From the NCBI RefSeq assembly GCF_001194135.2, contig NC_068996.1:46293825-46329878 (forward strand): a DNA stretch of 36,054 nucleotides, written 5' to 3'. Below the pieces are notes generated by a model. The model did not search any database, was not told where the DNA came from, and saw only the letters and a list, made by a program, of their open reading frames with translations. Positions 12,081 to 23,704 of the stretch are shown one piece after another (position 1 is the first letter of the stretch; the number at the start of each line of letters is the position of its first letter). The position numbers were made by a program, and so were the translations under genes. Origin of the DNA: Octopus bimaculoides. Taxonomy: Eukaryota.

Positions 12081-13440
12081 ACAATACACTTTACACACAC
12101 CTCTCAATACGACTCCCACAACACATATTCCACACACACACATCTCCCAATATTACAACAGAGTTTCTACAACATAAACTTTACACACTTAACACCTAAT
12201 ACTGTAACAAAACCAACACAACACATTCTACACAATCATCCTAATATGTTAGCAAGACATGCACTATATATTTTATATACAGTATATATTCTACAATACA
12301 ACTCTTGCAACATATTCTAAACATATTCGGCTTTCTATAACAACCCACACATAACCTACTCTACACGAACGTAATATGTTTGTCCACAACAAAAGCAACA
12401 CTAAAATGACACAAGCAACAAAACCAACTCCAGAACACAATAAATTGAATATAATACAAACACCTTCACACTACTTCAAATAACAAAACTGCACATACCT
12501 CAGAAATATAAAGGAATAATAATAAAAATAAAAATAGTAATAATAAAAAATTTTAATTTAAACACAAGGCCAGCAGGTTTGAGGTAAGTGGAAAAGAAAC
12601 TACGTCAATCTTAGCACTTAACTTGGACTTATATTCAATGGACCCTGGAGGATTGAATGGCAAAGTTAACTTCAGTAATATTTGAAATTAGGACATAAAA
12701 AGCAACAACAAAAGTCTCAAGACATCTTTTCAATGAACCAGCAATTCTGCTGATCCATCGTCCTTATTAATGTGCCCTTTGTATTAATAAGTTCTTACCT
12801 GTCTCTTGTGCAACACTAAGGGAAGTAACAGGTATAGAAAAAATGTGTGGAGAGTGAAAAAGGAAGAGGAAGTGAGAGAGAGAGAGAGAGAGAACATGTA
12901 AAAGAAAGTGGGTGGAAGTGTGCAGAATGAAGGTTTAAACTACAAAGGCTGAAAGGGAAAAGGAAGAATAATCCTTCTTCAAAGTCCAACCCTTGACCTC
13001 ATCAGGGTGGGAATATTAAACGAGTGTCAGAGCTATGCTGTCGGAACTTCAAGACCCTTAGTAGGGCCACCCAAGACAGACAGGTCTGACACCAGTGGCA
13101 GTAGGGTAATAGCGAATTCTAAGTCATGTTTGTTCTGGAATCTGGTAGCTTCCTGATGGTGTTGGATTGCATCTGCAGGCATTCTGCAGCAAGAAGACAT
13201 AACATGAGGACAACTTGCCACTGGTCATGTATGGTGGTTATTGAATACAGAGGGGAACATTTTACACAGACTCTGATCATCCCGTGAAACTACTAAGAAC
13301 TCACAATGAAACAAACACGGTGAACTCAATAGGAGCTGGCTTAACCATTCCCAGGTGAATGTCGTAACAAGACAAAACAAGAAGAATAACCAAGATGTAT
13401 GGCAATTTGGCATCATTGTATCTTTAGTTATCTCATTTTC

Positions 13441-13670
13441 TTAACCAATTAAGTCCCAGATACTTAAATTTCTGGATATTACTTTTAAATATTTACAAAT
13501 GATTGAAAATAGGTTAAGATGAAAAAAATAATTATTAAAACTCCTTTACTTCAAGTAGAAATAGAAATACTCGGTGTCCTATAAATAAGACACTGAAACA
13601 ATGTGATATAGCTTATTTAATGTTCTCATTTAGTGTCCAGTTTATAGGACAGTGGAACTTAATGGGTTAA
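13441..13670. mobile_element. piggyBac-like MITE
   Basis: TTAA at both ends (13441-13444, 13667-13670). TIRs CCAATTAAGTCCC vs CCCATTAAGTTCC match at 11/13. Confidence 0.7.
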
Positions 13671-13690
13671 TCCTCTTCAATTTCTCTCTC

Positions 13691-13741
<51 letters not shown>

Positions 13742-14019
13742 TTGAAATGATTTTGAATTGTATCTTGGTATATCTTTACACACACACACACACACACACA
13801 ATGTACTTCCATACTGTTTTTGTCTGCAAAATTTTACTTGATGTATTAATCCACAAGCAGCAGGAGTAAAACAGACTTGTCAAGGTATCATGTGATAAGA
13901 CTAAACCAAGAACCATATGCTTACAAAGCAAATTTTCCAACCATAATAGCCATGCCAACCCATATGTTACTGATATTTTATTTTACAATCCTGGGCTTCA
14001 CAGAGACGACCTTTGGCGA

Positions 14020-14408
14020 TATGCCATGCTTGAGAAGACCCATCAATGCCAGTGTTGCATAACTGGCACCTGTGCCAGTGACACATAAAAAGCACCCTTC
14101 AAATATTGGGCCGCATAGAGGCAATGACAAATGACTGAGACCTTTGACGTTATACAGTGCTTGAGAAGACCTGTCAAGGCAGGTGAGATCATAGTTGTGG
14201 TTGGTGTCTGCATTATGTAACTGGTGCCCATGCTGGTGGCATGTAAAAATCACCCACTACACTCTTGGAGTGGTTGGTGTTCAGAAGAACACCCAGCTGT
14301 AGAAACCATGCCAAATCAGATTGCAACCTGGTGCAGCTTACCAGTTTTCAGTCAAACCATCCAACCCATGCCAGCATGGAAAATGGACATATGATAATGA
14401 TGATGGTG
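14020..14408 (+). mobile_element. RTE-type 3' tail copy
   Basis: Repeated GCAC..ATAAAA..CACCC motifs, GTGGTTGGTGTTCAGAAG, CCAACCCATGCCAGCATGGAAA and a (GAT)n tail. Confidence 0.7.
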
Positions 14409-14863
14409 GTTCAGCAAGGCAACAACTATATTTTGCTCTTAGGAATTTGGGGTTCGAATCTAGTCATATGAACTTTTTTTCTGACATGAAATTAATGATG
14501 AAATACAGCTTATCAACATTTGCTGAAGATTTACCAACATGACTGTACAGTTGAAGAATAATACTATACATAGATTGCTTTTGATTCCATTTCTTACTTA
14601 GAAGCATTTACTTTTGGATATAGAATGAAAAATAATAGATAACTCTTAAGGTAAAAGAGATAAGGGCTATAGCTTTTTAAGAAGTCCCTCAAGGACTTTA
14701 CATTTAATACAACTTATGTGAACTTGTACACCATTTGAAGAATCAAATGCTTCAAACAAAATATAATTTCAAATGAAATTATATATTTCATAGTTCTCTA
14801 TTAATTTCCAACCATCTTATCACTTACAAAATGTCTGTGAAACTTTTATGGACACTACTAGCA

Positions 14864-14905
<42 letters not shown>

Positions 14906-14948
14906 TTTTTAAAAAAAGGATTGACGTAACTCTTCACGAAGGTAAATA

Positions 14949-15301
14949 GTCAAAACGAAGAGCGCGATTTTAGATGTTTTATTTTTTTAACAACATTTCG
15001 ACAGAACGTCTGTCTTTCTCAAGTTCAAACCAAAAGGTGATTGAAAATTCAAAATTTCAGAAACCAAACGTAANNNNNNNNNNNNNNNNNNNNNNNNNNN
15101 NNNNNNNNNNNNNNNNNNNNNNNNNNNNNNNNNNNNNNNNNNNNNNNTATGGACGCTGATTACTCACGTTCATAGTCTACGTTTGGTTTCTGAAATTTTG
15201 AATTTTCAATCACCTTTTGGTTTGAACTTGAGAAAGACAGACGTTCTGTCGAAATGTTGTTCAAAAAATAAAACATCTAAAATCGCGCTCTTCGTTTTGA
15301 C
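14949..15301. mobile_element. TA-flanked foldback MITE with 124-bp near-perfect TIRs
   Basis: 14949-15072 and 15178-15301 are reverse complements with one mismatch. TA flanks both sides; an N-gap lies in the centre. Confidence 0.6.
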
Positions 15302-15377
<76 letters not shown>

Positions 15378-16059
15378 CCTTTCTGCTATAGGCACAAGGC
15401 CTGAAATTTTGGGGGAAGGAGCTAGTCTATTACATCGACCCCAGTACTCGGCTGGTACTTAATTTATCGACCCCGAAAAGATGAAAGGTAAAGATGACTT
15501 CAGCAGAATTTGAACTCAGAATGTAGCAACTGACAAAATACCACTAAGCATTTCATCCAGTGTGCTAAAGACTCTACCAGCTCGCTACCTTAGTAATAAT
15601 AATAATAATAATAGTCTTTTCTACAAAAGGCACAAGGCCTGAAATTCTGTGGGACAGGACTAGTTGATTATATCAATCCCAGTGTTCAACTGGTATTTAT
15701 TTTATCAACGCTGAAAGGATGGAAGGTAAAGTTGACCTCGGTGGAAATTGAACTCAGAACATAAAGATAGCTGAAATGCTGCTAAATGATTTCCTGGTGT
15801 GCTAACGATTCTGCCAGCTTGCTACATCATAATAATAATAAGAGCATCACAGCAAACCACAGCACATACCCAAGGCACACAGAGCTGTGCTCGGTAGTGA
15901 AGTGAAAGCACATTATAAAAATAAAACTACTGAACAATAATAATAATGATTATTATTATTATTATCATTATTATTATTATTATTTCAAATTTTGGCACAA
16001 AGCCAGTAAGTTCTTGGGAAGGGTAACTCAATTAGATCAACCCTAGTGCTCAACTGGTA

Positions 16060-16111
<52 letters not shown>

Positions 16112-16290
16112 GTGTCCGGTTTAGGTACAAGATCAGCAGTTTTGAGGTGGGTGGTTAGTTGATCCCACTAATAGACTGGTACTTAATATTATCAATCATA
16201 GAGGAATAAAAAGTCAAGTTAGCCTCAACAGGAACAGAATGTGGAACATAAAAGAACTAGAAGACATGTTCTAACAATTTTGCAAGGCCA
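15302..16290. repeat. Cluster of (AAT)n/(ATT)n microsatellites interleaved with reverse-oriented SINE copies
   Basis: AAT runs at 15302-15377, ~15593, ~15830, ~15936-15985 and 16061-16111, separated by SINE bodies. Confidence 0.8.
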
Positions 16291-16300
16291 GCAAATTCAA

Positions 16301-16998
16301 GTGGTGAGCTGGCAGATGTGCTAGCTCTTTGGATAAAATGCTTAGAGGCATTTCATCCATCTAAACATTCTGAGTTCAAGTACAGCTGAGGCTGACATTG
16401 CCTTTCATCCTTTCGGGGTCAATAAAATAAGTACCATTATTTACATTTGATGGATATTTGTCCTCATCTTGTTTGTTGTTAGCACAACATTTCAGTTGAT
16501 ATACCCTTCAGCCTTCATCAGGTGTCTTGGGGAAACTTCGAACCTGGGTTCTTATTCCAAAGGTATTTTTCGATATTATTATTATTATGTCAACTACATC
16601 ATATGCCCATGGGCATATGGCATGGTGGTTAAGAACGCAGGCTACTAACACCAAGATTTCGAGTTCGATTCCAGGCAGTGACCTGAATAATAATAATAAC
16701 AATAATAATAATAATATTAATAATAATAATAATAATAATATTGAAAAATACCTTAGGAATGAGAACCCAGGTTTGAAATTTCCCCAAGACACCTGATGAA
16801 GGCTGGAGGGTATATCAGCCAAAACGTATTCACAACAAACAAGATGAGGACAAAAATCCATTAAATGTAAATAATGTAAATAATTCCTCATCTCATATTA
16901 AAATAAGTACCAGTTAAACATTGTGGGTCAATGTAATTGATTTGCACCCCACCTCTAAGATTTCAGGCTTTGCGTCAACTGTAGAAAGGATTATTATT
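16301..16998 (+). mobile_element. Meta-like SINE interrupted by the HHR-bearing element
   Basis: Head and domain at 16301-16435. The SINE continues at 16899 after duplication of TAAAATAAGTACC. Confidence 0.75.
16436..16898 (+). mobile_element. tRNA-headed, hammerhead-bearing non-autonomous retroelement with inverted 5' arm (copy 1)
   Basis: 13-bp TSD (16423-16435 / 16899-16911). Inverted arm 16436-16588; tRNA-like head from ~16618 with B-box GTTCGATTCC; (AAT)n; HHR-like core at 16788-16833. Confidence 0.8.
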
Positions 16999-17897
16999 AC
17001 TCTCCACTACAGTCGTGGGTTGGTACTTTATTTCATAGAAATTCATAGAAATAAAAAGTAAAATTGACTTCAATGAGATAAAAAAAAATCAGAATGTTAG
17101 GACTGAAAAGAAATTCCTCAAAGCATTTTTTTTCTGGTAACCCTACCAGTGCTGGTGCCACATAAAAGCATCCAGTTCACACTGTAAAGTAGTTGGCATT
17201 TGGAAGGACATCCAGCTGGAAAACAAATTATGCCAAGACTGACCTTCCCTGTGCTGGTGCCACATAAAAAGCACTCAGTTTACTCTGTGGAGTGGCTGGT
17301 GTTAGGAAAGGCATCCGATCATAAAAACCCTGTCATAATAGACATGGTAGCCTAGGGTAGTCTTCTACCTGGTCAGCCCCTGTTAACCGTCCTACCCATG
17401 CTAGCATGGAAGGAGGATGCAAAATGATGATGATGACAATGGTGTAAGAGTTCTACCAGCTTTGCTGTTTTGATAATAACTGTTGCAAATTTAGACACAA
17501 AGGAGGAGGAATTAACCAATTAAGTTAACCCCAGTACTTGACTGATGAAGATAGATGGTCCAGTGTTTAGGATGTTGCATTTGTGATGTAAGATAGTGAC
17601 TGATTCCTGGACTGGATGGCATATTGTGTTCCAGTTTACTCATCTGTAGAGGAGTTCCATCACTAGCTGGGGAAGTTAACCTTGACAGACAGGTGTCCCC
17701 TTCAGGGTGGATGAAGAGTATTGTAATCTCAGTCACTTACATGTCATGGAAACCAGATTAAGTTCCAGCTTTATGAGTCCTGGAAGTCATGAGAGACCGA
17801 ATTCTAAGTAATTTTGGCAGCTACTTTTTGTTTCTTTCTCTAAGCTTGAAAGTATGGAAAGCAAAGCTAATCTTTGCAGGATTTGAATTCAGAATGT

Positions 17898-18280
17898 TTT
17901 GTTGGCACTCCGTCGCTTATGACGTCGAAGGTTCCAGTTGATCCAATCAACGGAACAGCCTGCTTGTGAAATTAATGTGCAAGTGGTTGAGCACTCCATA
18001 GACACGTGTACCCTTAACGTAGTTCTCGAGAATATTCAGCGTGACACAGTGTGACAAGGCTGACCCTTTGAATTATAGGCACAACAGAAACAAGAAGTAA
18101 GAGTGAGAGGAAGTTGTGGTGAAAGGGTACAGCAGGGTTCACCACCATTCCCTGCCGGAGCCTCGTGGAGCTTTTAGGTGTTTTCGCTCAATAAACACTC
18201 ACAACACCCGGTCTGGGAATCAAAACTGCGATCCTATAACCGTGAGTCCGCTGCCCTAACCACTGGGCCATTGCGCCTCC
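17898..18280 (-). mobile_element. tRNA-derived SINE (same family as 2077-2465)
   Basis: Full copy with a 13-bp TSD GAATTCAGAATGT (17885-17897 / 18281-18293). Confidence 0.85.
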
Positions 18281-19317
18281 GAATTCAGAATGTAGAAGGC
18301 TAAAATTAAATGCCGCAAGCCATTTCATCCAGCATACTGACAATAATAATTTATAGGGAAAAGCCATAGATGTTGACATGAAATAACATAAAAATACTTC
18401 AAACTTGACATAACCATTTTTTTTTTTGTCTATTTCTTCATATATTTATTGCTATTTCATGTTTTTAAAAATATTAAAAAGGAAATAGTCTCATTTTTCA
18501 GAAACCCAAACAAAGCATCATGGGAAAAAAATATTACTTTTAGACAAGAAGAGAAAGAAAATTACGNNNNNNNNNNTTTTTTTTGCATATGATTGTCTTC
18601 GTATTATAATATTTTTTTTTTTTTTGGTTCTTCCTTTCCTTTGTTGCTGATGCTGTTATGCATGTCATTTGAAATATTGATACTAGAGGTTAAATGTTAT
18701 TTTAACTATTTGTCTCAAGTCAAAACACATTTTAGCATTCATAGCAATTGAAGTTTCTAATCTATTCCAAATTGAGATAAAGGGCATGCAGTATAACTGT
18801 ATGCCTATTCTTTTCAAGTCTGTGTCAAATGCAAATTTGGAATGGAATTTGAAAAGGAAAGAAGACAGAGAAAAAAAAGACACAAATTCAGAGAGGGGGG
18901 AGAAAGAGATGTAGAGGGAAAGGGAGAGAAGGGAGAGACAGAGAGAAGTTTGGTTCCCAGGAAAAAACTGGCATAGCAAGATCAACACATGCCATTATTT
19001 TACAAGCTGAGCAGATGAGTAAATATGGAAATTCATATATGTGTGTGTGTGTTTGTGTGTGCGTGTGTGTGTGTGTGTGTGTGTGCGTGTGCGTGCGCAC
19101 ACAAACACACATATATGTAACTGAAATATTCAGTGTGTGTGTGTGTGTGCGCTTGAATGAGTGTGTGTGTCTCTGTATGTATATATATATATATATTATA
19201 CATATACATTCATGAGTATATTTCTATGCATGTATATATATATAAATATATATGTTCATTTGCAAATAAGTGTGATTGTACAACTGTGTCAGTATGTGCA
19301 CACACACACACACACAC

Positions 19318-19360
<43 letters not shown>

Positions 19361-20173
19361 CATAACTATACAATATACATATTAGTTATATATACGTATG
19401 ACCTAACATACAAATGTGTATTCATTATATTTCCATTTGTAAAACAACTCATACATGAGTCAACAAGTCAAACTCTAAGTGGTTTCTTCACCTACTGCAT
19501 AAAAAAAAAAAGCAGCCAAATTTTTCTTGAACCAAGACACCATCTTAAGAAATGAGGAAATATGCATTAGATAATCTAGTGTAGCAATAAGGACAATACA
19601 TATCAATAAAAGATAGAATGGTCACAGCTGCAAAATCTTTGATCAATGCAACTGTTGAACCACAGTCAAATTTGAGCCAAACATTAGTAAAACTATAGTT
19701 TGCTTCACAACCCATGTGCTCTTGGGCTCAGTCCCACTGCATGGCACCTTGGGCAAGTGTCTTCTGTCACAGCCCTGGACCAACCAATGTCATATGAGTG
19801 GATTTGGGAGAAGGAAACTGAAAGAATCCTATCGTATGTATATGATATGTAGTTTGTGCCTGTTTGAATATGTTTGAGATATTTCTCAATATATGAAATT
19901 ATCATTAACACTTAAAGACATGTATTGTGGCCTTCAAATAAATAATATATATAGTCTACTGAAATGAATTGATAAGCCGACATATGACATCCAAAGGTAC
20001 ATCTTTACCTCTGATGAATCTATACTCATGTCACATAAATGTAAATTTAACGTACAAATTAGTAATTAAATCATTGAGTATTAATTGAAATGGCTACAAG
20101 ACGTGAAGATGACCAATTTATTGTTACTAATAAACAATTAACTTCCTTACCTCCTTTTACTTCTTTTAAATGG

Positions 20174-20214
<41 letters not shown>

Positions 20215-20216
<2 letters not shown>

Positions 20217-20600
20217 TCTTTTACTTGTTTCAATCATTTGACTGTGGCCATGCTGGAGCACCGCCTTTAGTCGAGCAAATCAACCCCAGGACTTATTCTT
20301 TGTAAGCCTAGCACTTATTCTATCGGTCTCTTTTGTCAAACCACTAAGTTACGGGGACATAAACACACCAGCATCGGTTGTCAAGCGAAGTTGGTGAGGA
20401 ACAAACACACACACACACACATACACACATATAAGACGGGCTTCTTTTAGTTTCCATCTATCAAATCCACTCAAAGCTTTGGTCGACCCAAGGCTATAGT
20501 AGAAGACACTTACCCAAGGTGCCATGCAGTGGGACTGAACCCGGAACCATGTGGTTGGTTAGCAAGCTACTTACCGCACAGCCACTTCTACGCCTATGTA
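20215..20600 (-). mobile_element. CORE-type (OR2-like) SINE
   Basis: Near-full reverse copy with central (CA)n. Confidence 0.8.
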
Positions 20601-20717
20601 TATATATATATCATCATCATCATCATCGTCGTTTAACGTCCGTTTTCCATGCTAGCATGGGTTGGACAATTTGACTTAGGACTGGCGAACCAGATGGCTA
20701 CGCCAGGCTCCAATCTG

Positions 20718-20753
<36 letters not shown>

Positions 20754-20844
20754 TTTATGTATATATTAATATTATCTCAGTTATTAAAATGTTCGATAAT
20801 TTAGAAATGTTAATAGTTTTGTCTTGCTATTACATGTTTTATTA

Positions 20845-20939
20845 TTAACTCCCTGAAGAGAAATAAATGAGGAACTCCAACAGCTCTTTCTTCTTTGTGA
20901 AAGAGCTTTCATTTATTTCGAAACATGTGTAGGAATTAA
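20845..20939 (+). ncRNA. Type I hammerhead ribozyme, apparently intact
   Basis: Stem I TTAACTCC/GGAATTAA (7 of 8 pairs); core CTGAAGA at 20853-20859; stem II GAAATAAATG/CATTTATTTC (10 bp); GAAA at 20920-20923; stem III ACATGTGT; cleavage triplet GTA at 20929-20931. Confidence 0.8.
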
Positions 20940-21821
20940 AGGAACTTTTATTGACATGCGTTTTGCTCCATTTATTATTATCCACATANNNNNNNNNNNN
21001 NNNNNNNNNNNNNNNNNNNNNNNNNNNNNNNNNNNNNNNNNNNNNNNNNNNNNNNNNNNNNNNNNNNNNNNNNNNNNNNNNNNNNNNNNNNNNNNNNNNN
21101 NNNNNNNNNNNNNNNNNNNNNNNNNNNNNNNNNNNNNNNNNNNNNNNNNNNNNNNNNNNNNNNNNNNNNNNNNNNNNNNNNNNNNNNNNNNNNNNNNNNN
21201 NNNNNNNNNNNNNNNNNNNNNNNNNNNNNNNNNNNNNNNNNNNNNNNNNNNNNNNNNNNNNNNNNNNNNNNNNNNNNNNNNNNNNNNNNNNNNNNNNNNN
21301 NNNNNNNNNNNNNNNNNNNNNNNNNNNNNNNNNNNNNNNNNNNNNNNNNNNNNNNNNNNNNNNNNNNNNNNNNNNNNNNNNNNNNNNNNNNNNNNNNNNN
21401 NNNNNNNNNNNNNNNNNNNNNNNNNNNNNNNNNNNNNNNNNNNNNNNNNNNNNNNNNNNNNNNNNNNNNNNNNNNNNNNNNNNNNNNNNNNNNNNNNNNN
21501 NNNNNNNNNNNNNNNNNNNNNNNNNNNNNNNNNNNNNNNNNNNNNNNNNNNNNNNNNNNNNNNNNNNNNNNNNNNTGTATGAATATGTGTGTGCCTCTTT
21601 GACTTGGCATCACATAACAGTTGTAAACAAGCTTCACCATCAGACATGTGGTGTTGTTTCCAATCTTCCATGAAACCATAACCCAGTCATGTGGAAATAT
21701 AACCTTATTTGGAAACAGGTGAGAGTGGACAAAAGGAAGAACATCTGGCCATGAGAAATCTGCTTCAACCAAGTCCATCTGATCCATGAATGTATGGGCA
21801 AGTGGACATTAAAATGATCAT

Positions 21822-21855
<34 letters not shown>

Positions 21856-22072
21856 CTCATATCTGTTTTCTATACTGGTAAAGATAGGACAGTTTGACAG
21901 GGAATTGGCAAGCTCCAGGATTCCACGCCCATCTTTAGCGTGGTTTCTATGGCTGAATGCCCTTCCTAATGTCAGCCACTTTATAGAGTGCACTGGGTGC
22001 TTTTTTTATGCCACCAGCACAAGTGCTTTTTTATGACACCAGCATGGGAGTGTTTTACATACATACACACAC

Positions 22073-22113
<41 letters not shown>

Positions 22114-22303
22114 CTACTACATCTGTTTGTTGTCTACACCACCTGTCTTCGTCTTTTGGTTTTTTTTTGTGACTTCTCCCCCTATATATATAATATATAC
22201 ATATGTATGTATCTCTCTCTCTTTCTCTCTCTCTATATATATATATATGTATACATACATACATTCACACATATATACATATGTATGTATGCATCTCTAT
22301 ATA

Positions 22304-22349
<46 letters not shown>

Positions 22350-22438
22350 NNNNNNNNNNATGTATATATATATATATATATATATATACATACATACATT
22401 CACACATATATACATATGTATGTATGAATTTCTATATA

Positions 22439-22470
<32 letters not shown>

Positions 22471-22761
22471 CATACATACATTCACACATATATACATATG
22501 TNNNNNNNNNNATATATATATATATCAAACATAAATTGAAAACAGAACACAAAGGATATCGCAGTACACGTGTTTCAAGCTTTATAAACAATCTGGTATT
22601 ACATCAGCAGAGGTATATTATTGATATAAAAGATGGTTTAAAGCTCTCTTCAGTCGCAAACACTGTTAGTCCAAAGATTACATCACAAAAGAAAAAGTAC
22701 ACGCAGTATTACCCATTATAATAGGTTTATCACATCTCTTTAAAAAGGTATATTTGTATAT

Positions 22762-23030
22762 CATCATCGTCGTCGTCGTCGTTTAACGTCCGCTTTCCAC
22801 GCTAGCATGGGTTGGACGATTTGACTGAGGACTGGTGAACCAGATGGCTACACCAGGCTCCAATCTGATTTGGCAGAGTTTCTACAGCTGGATGCCCTTC
22901 CTAACGCCAACCACTCCGTGAGTGTAGTGGATGCTTTTACGTGCCACCGGCACGAGGGCCAGTCAGGCGGTACTAGCAACGGCCATGCTCAAAATGGTGT
23001 ATTTTATGTGCCACCTGTACAGGAGCCAGT
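22762..23030 (-). mobile_element. RTE-type 3' tail copy
   Basis: Well-preserved reverse copy of the tail family. Confidence 0.75.
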
Positions 23031-23704
23031 ATATAAATAAAATGCACCTCCTCCAAAATTCTCGTGAATTTTCAGCTGTTCGATTATGTGAACTGCTAGC
23101 TCAAAATGTCTGAATATCCTTCAGGTACATAATAATCCCCTTAGTATAATTCTCTAGCAGAATTACAGAATTACCAGGCAGCAGTGTGACCCAATAATTA
23201 CAGGAACAATCCACACAGTTTCCATCTACCCACTTTCACTCACATGGCATAGATTGACTCAAGGCTAAAGACAAGTGTTCCTCAACCAGAAACCATATGA
23301 TCTTTGTGGGATCGTATGAGATTTTGTTATTAAAATTTATGTCTAACTGGTTATATTTCTACAAAACACAAAATATCAAGTGGCCCATCTCGCTCAAAAG
23401 GCCGCTGAATAATTTTTGTTTAAGGATGATAAACAAAACACTCACGTTTCCAGGGGTGAATTATTCAAAATCCAAAGAATCCCTTTCAACACATGTATAT
23501 GATGCTCCCCAACTACTTCTGTTCGTGATCAGAGATGCACATATTGTCAGCCACCAAGAGACATGCTCAACTGGTTAAGGTCAAACAACTGACAAGCAAA
23601 TCTGTGGTATTGAGCAGAATTTTTGCTGTGGCCCATCTTTTATACCAAGACAAAACAATGTACATGATAACACTTCTAATTAGTTCAGATCATATTATTA
23701 TTAT

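Noticed and set aside
12736-12760. Possible 17-nt minus-strand micro-exon (CTTAG|TGTTGCACAAGAGACAG|GTAAG) in the right phase to join the AMDHD2 last exon
   Set aside because: The encoded VAQET does not resemble the expected penultimate exon, and there is no independent support.
12985-13010. CTGATGA on the minus strand (other isolated CTGANGA hits at 1395, 2616, 17544, 20012, 22645)
   Set aside because: No stem II closing onto GAAA and no stem I partner, so these are not hammerheads.
20913-21787. Long ORFs of 200-270 aa (also 1665-2384, 25280-25889)
   Set aside because: They are artefacts of N-gaps and dinucleotide repeats.
22200-22520. Three copies of CATACATACATTCACACATATATACATATG spaced by (TA)n
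   Set aside because: A compound microsatellite around small N-gaps; it could be an assembly stutter and is not a CRISPR-like array.
22671-22690. 16-bp match CAAAGATTACATCACA to the mariner fragment at 5075
   Set aside because: The flanks do not continue as mariner; likely chance.
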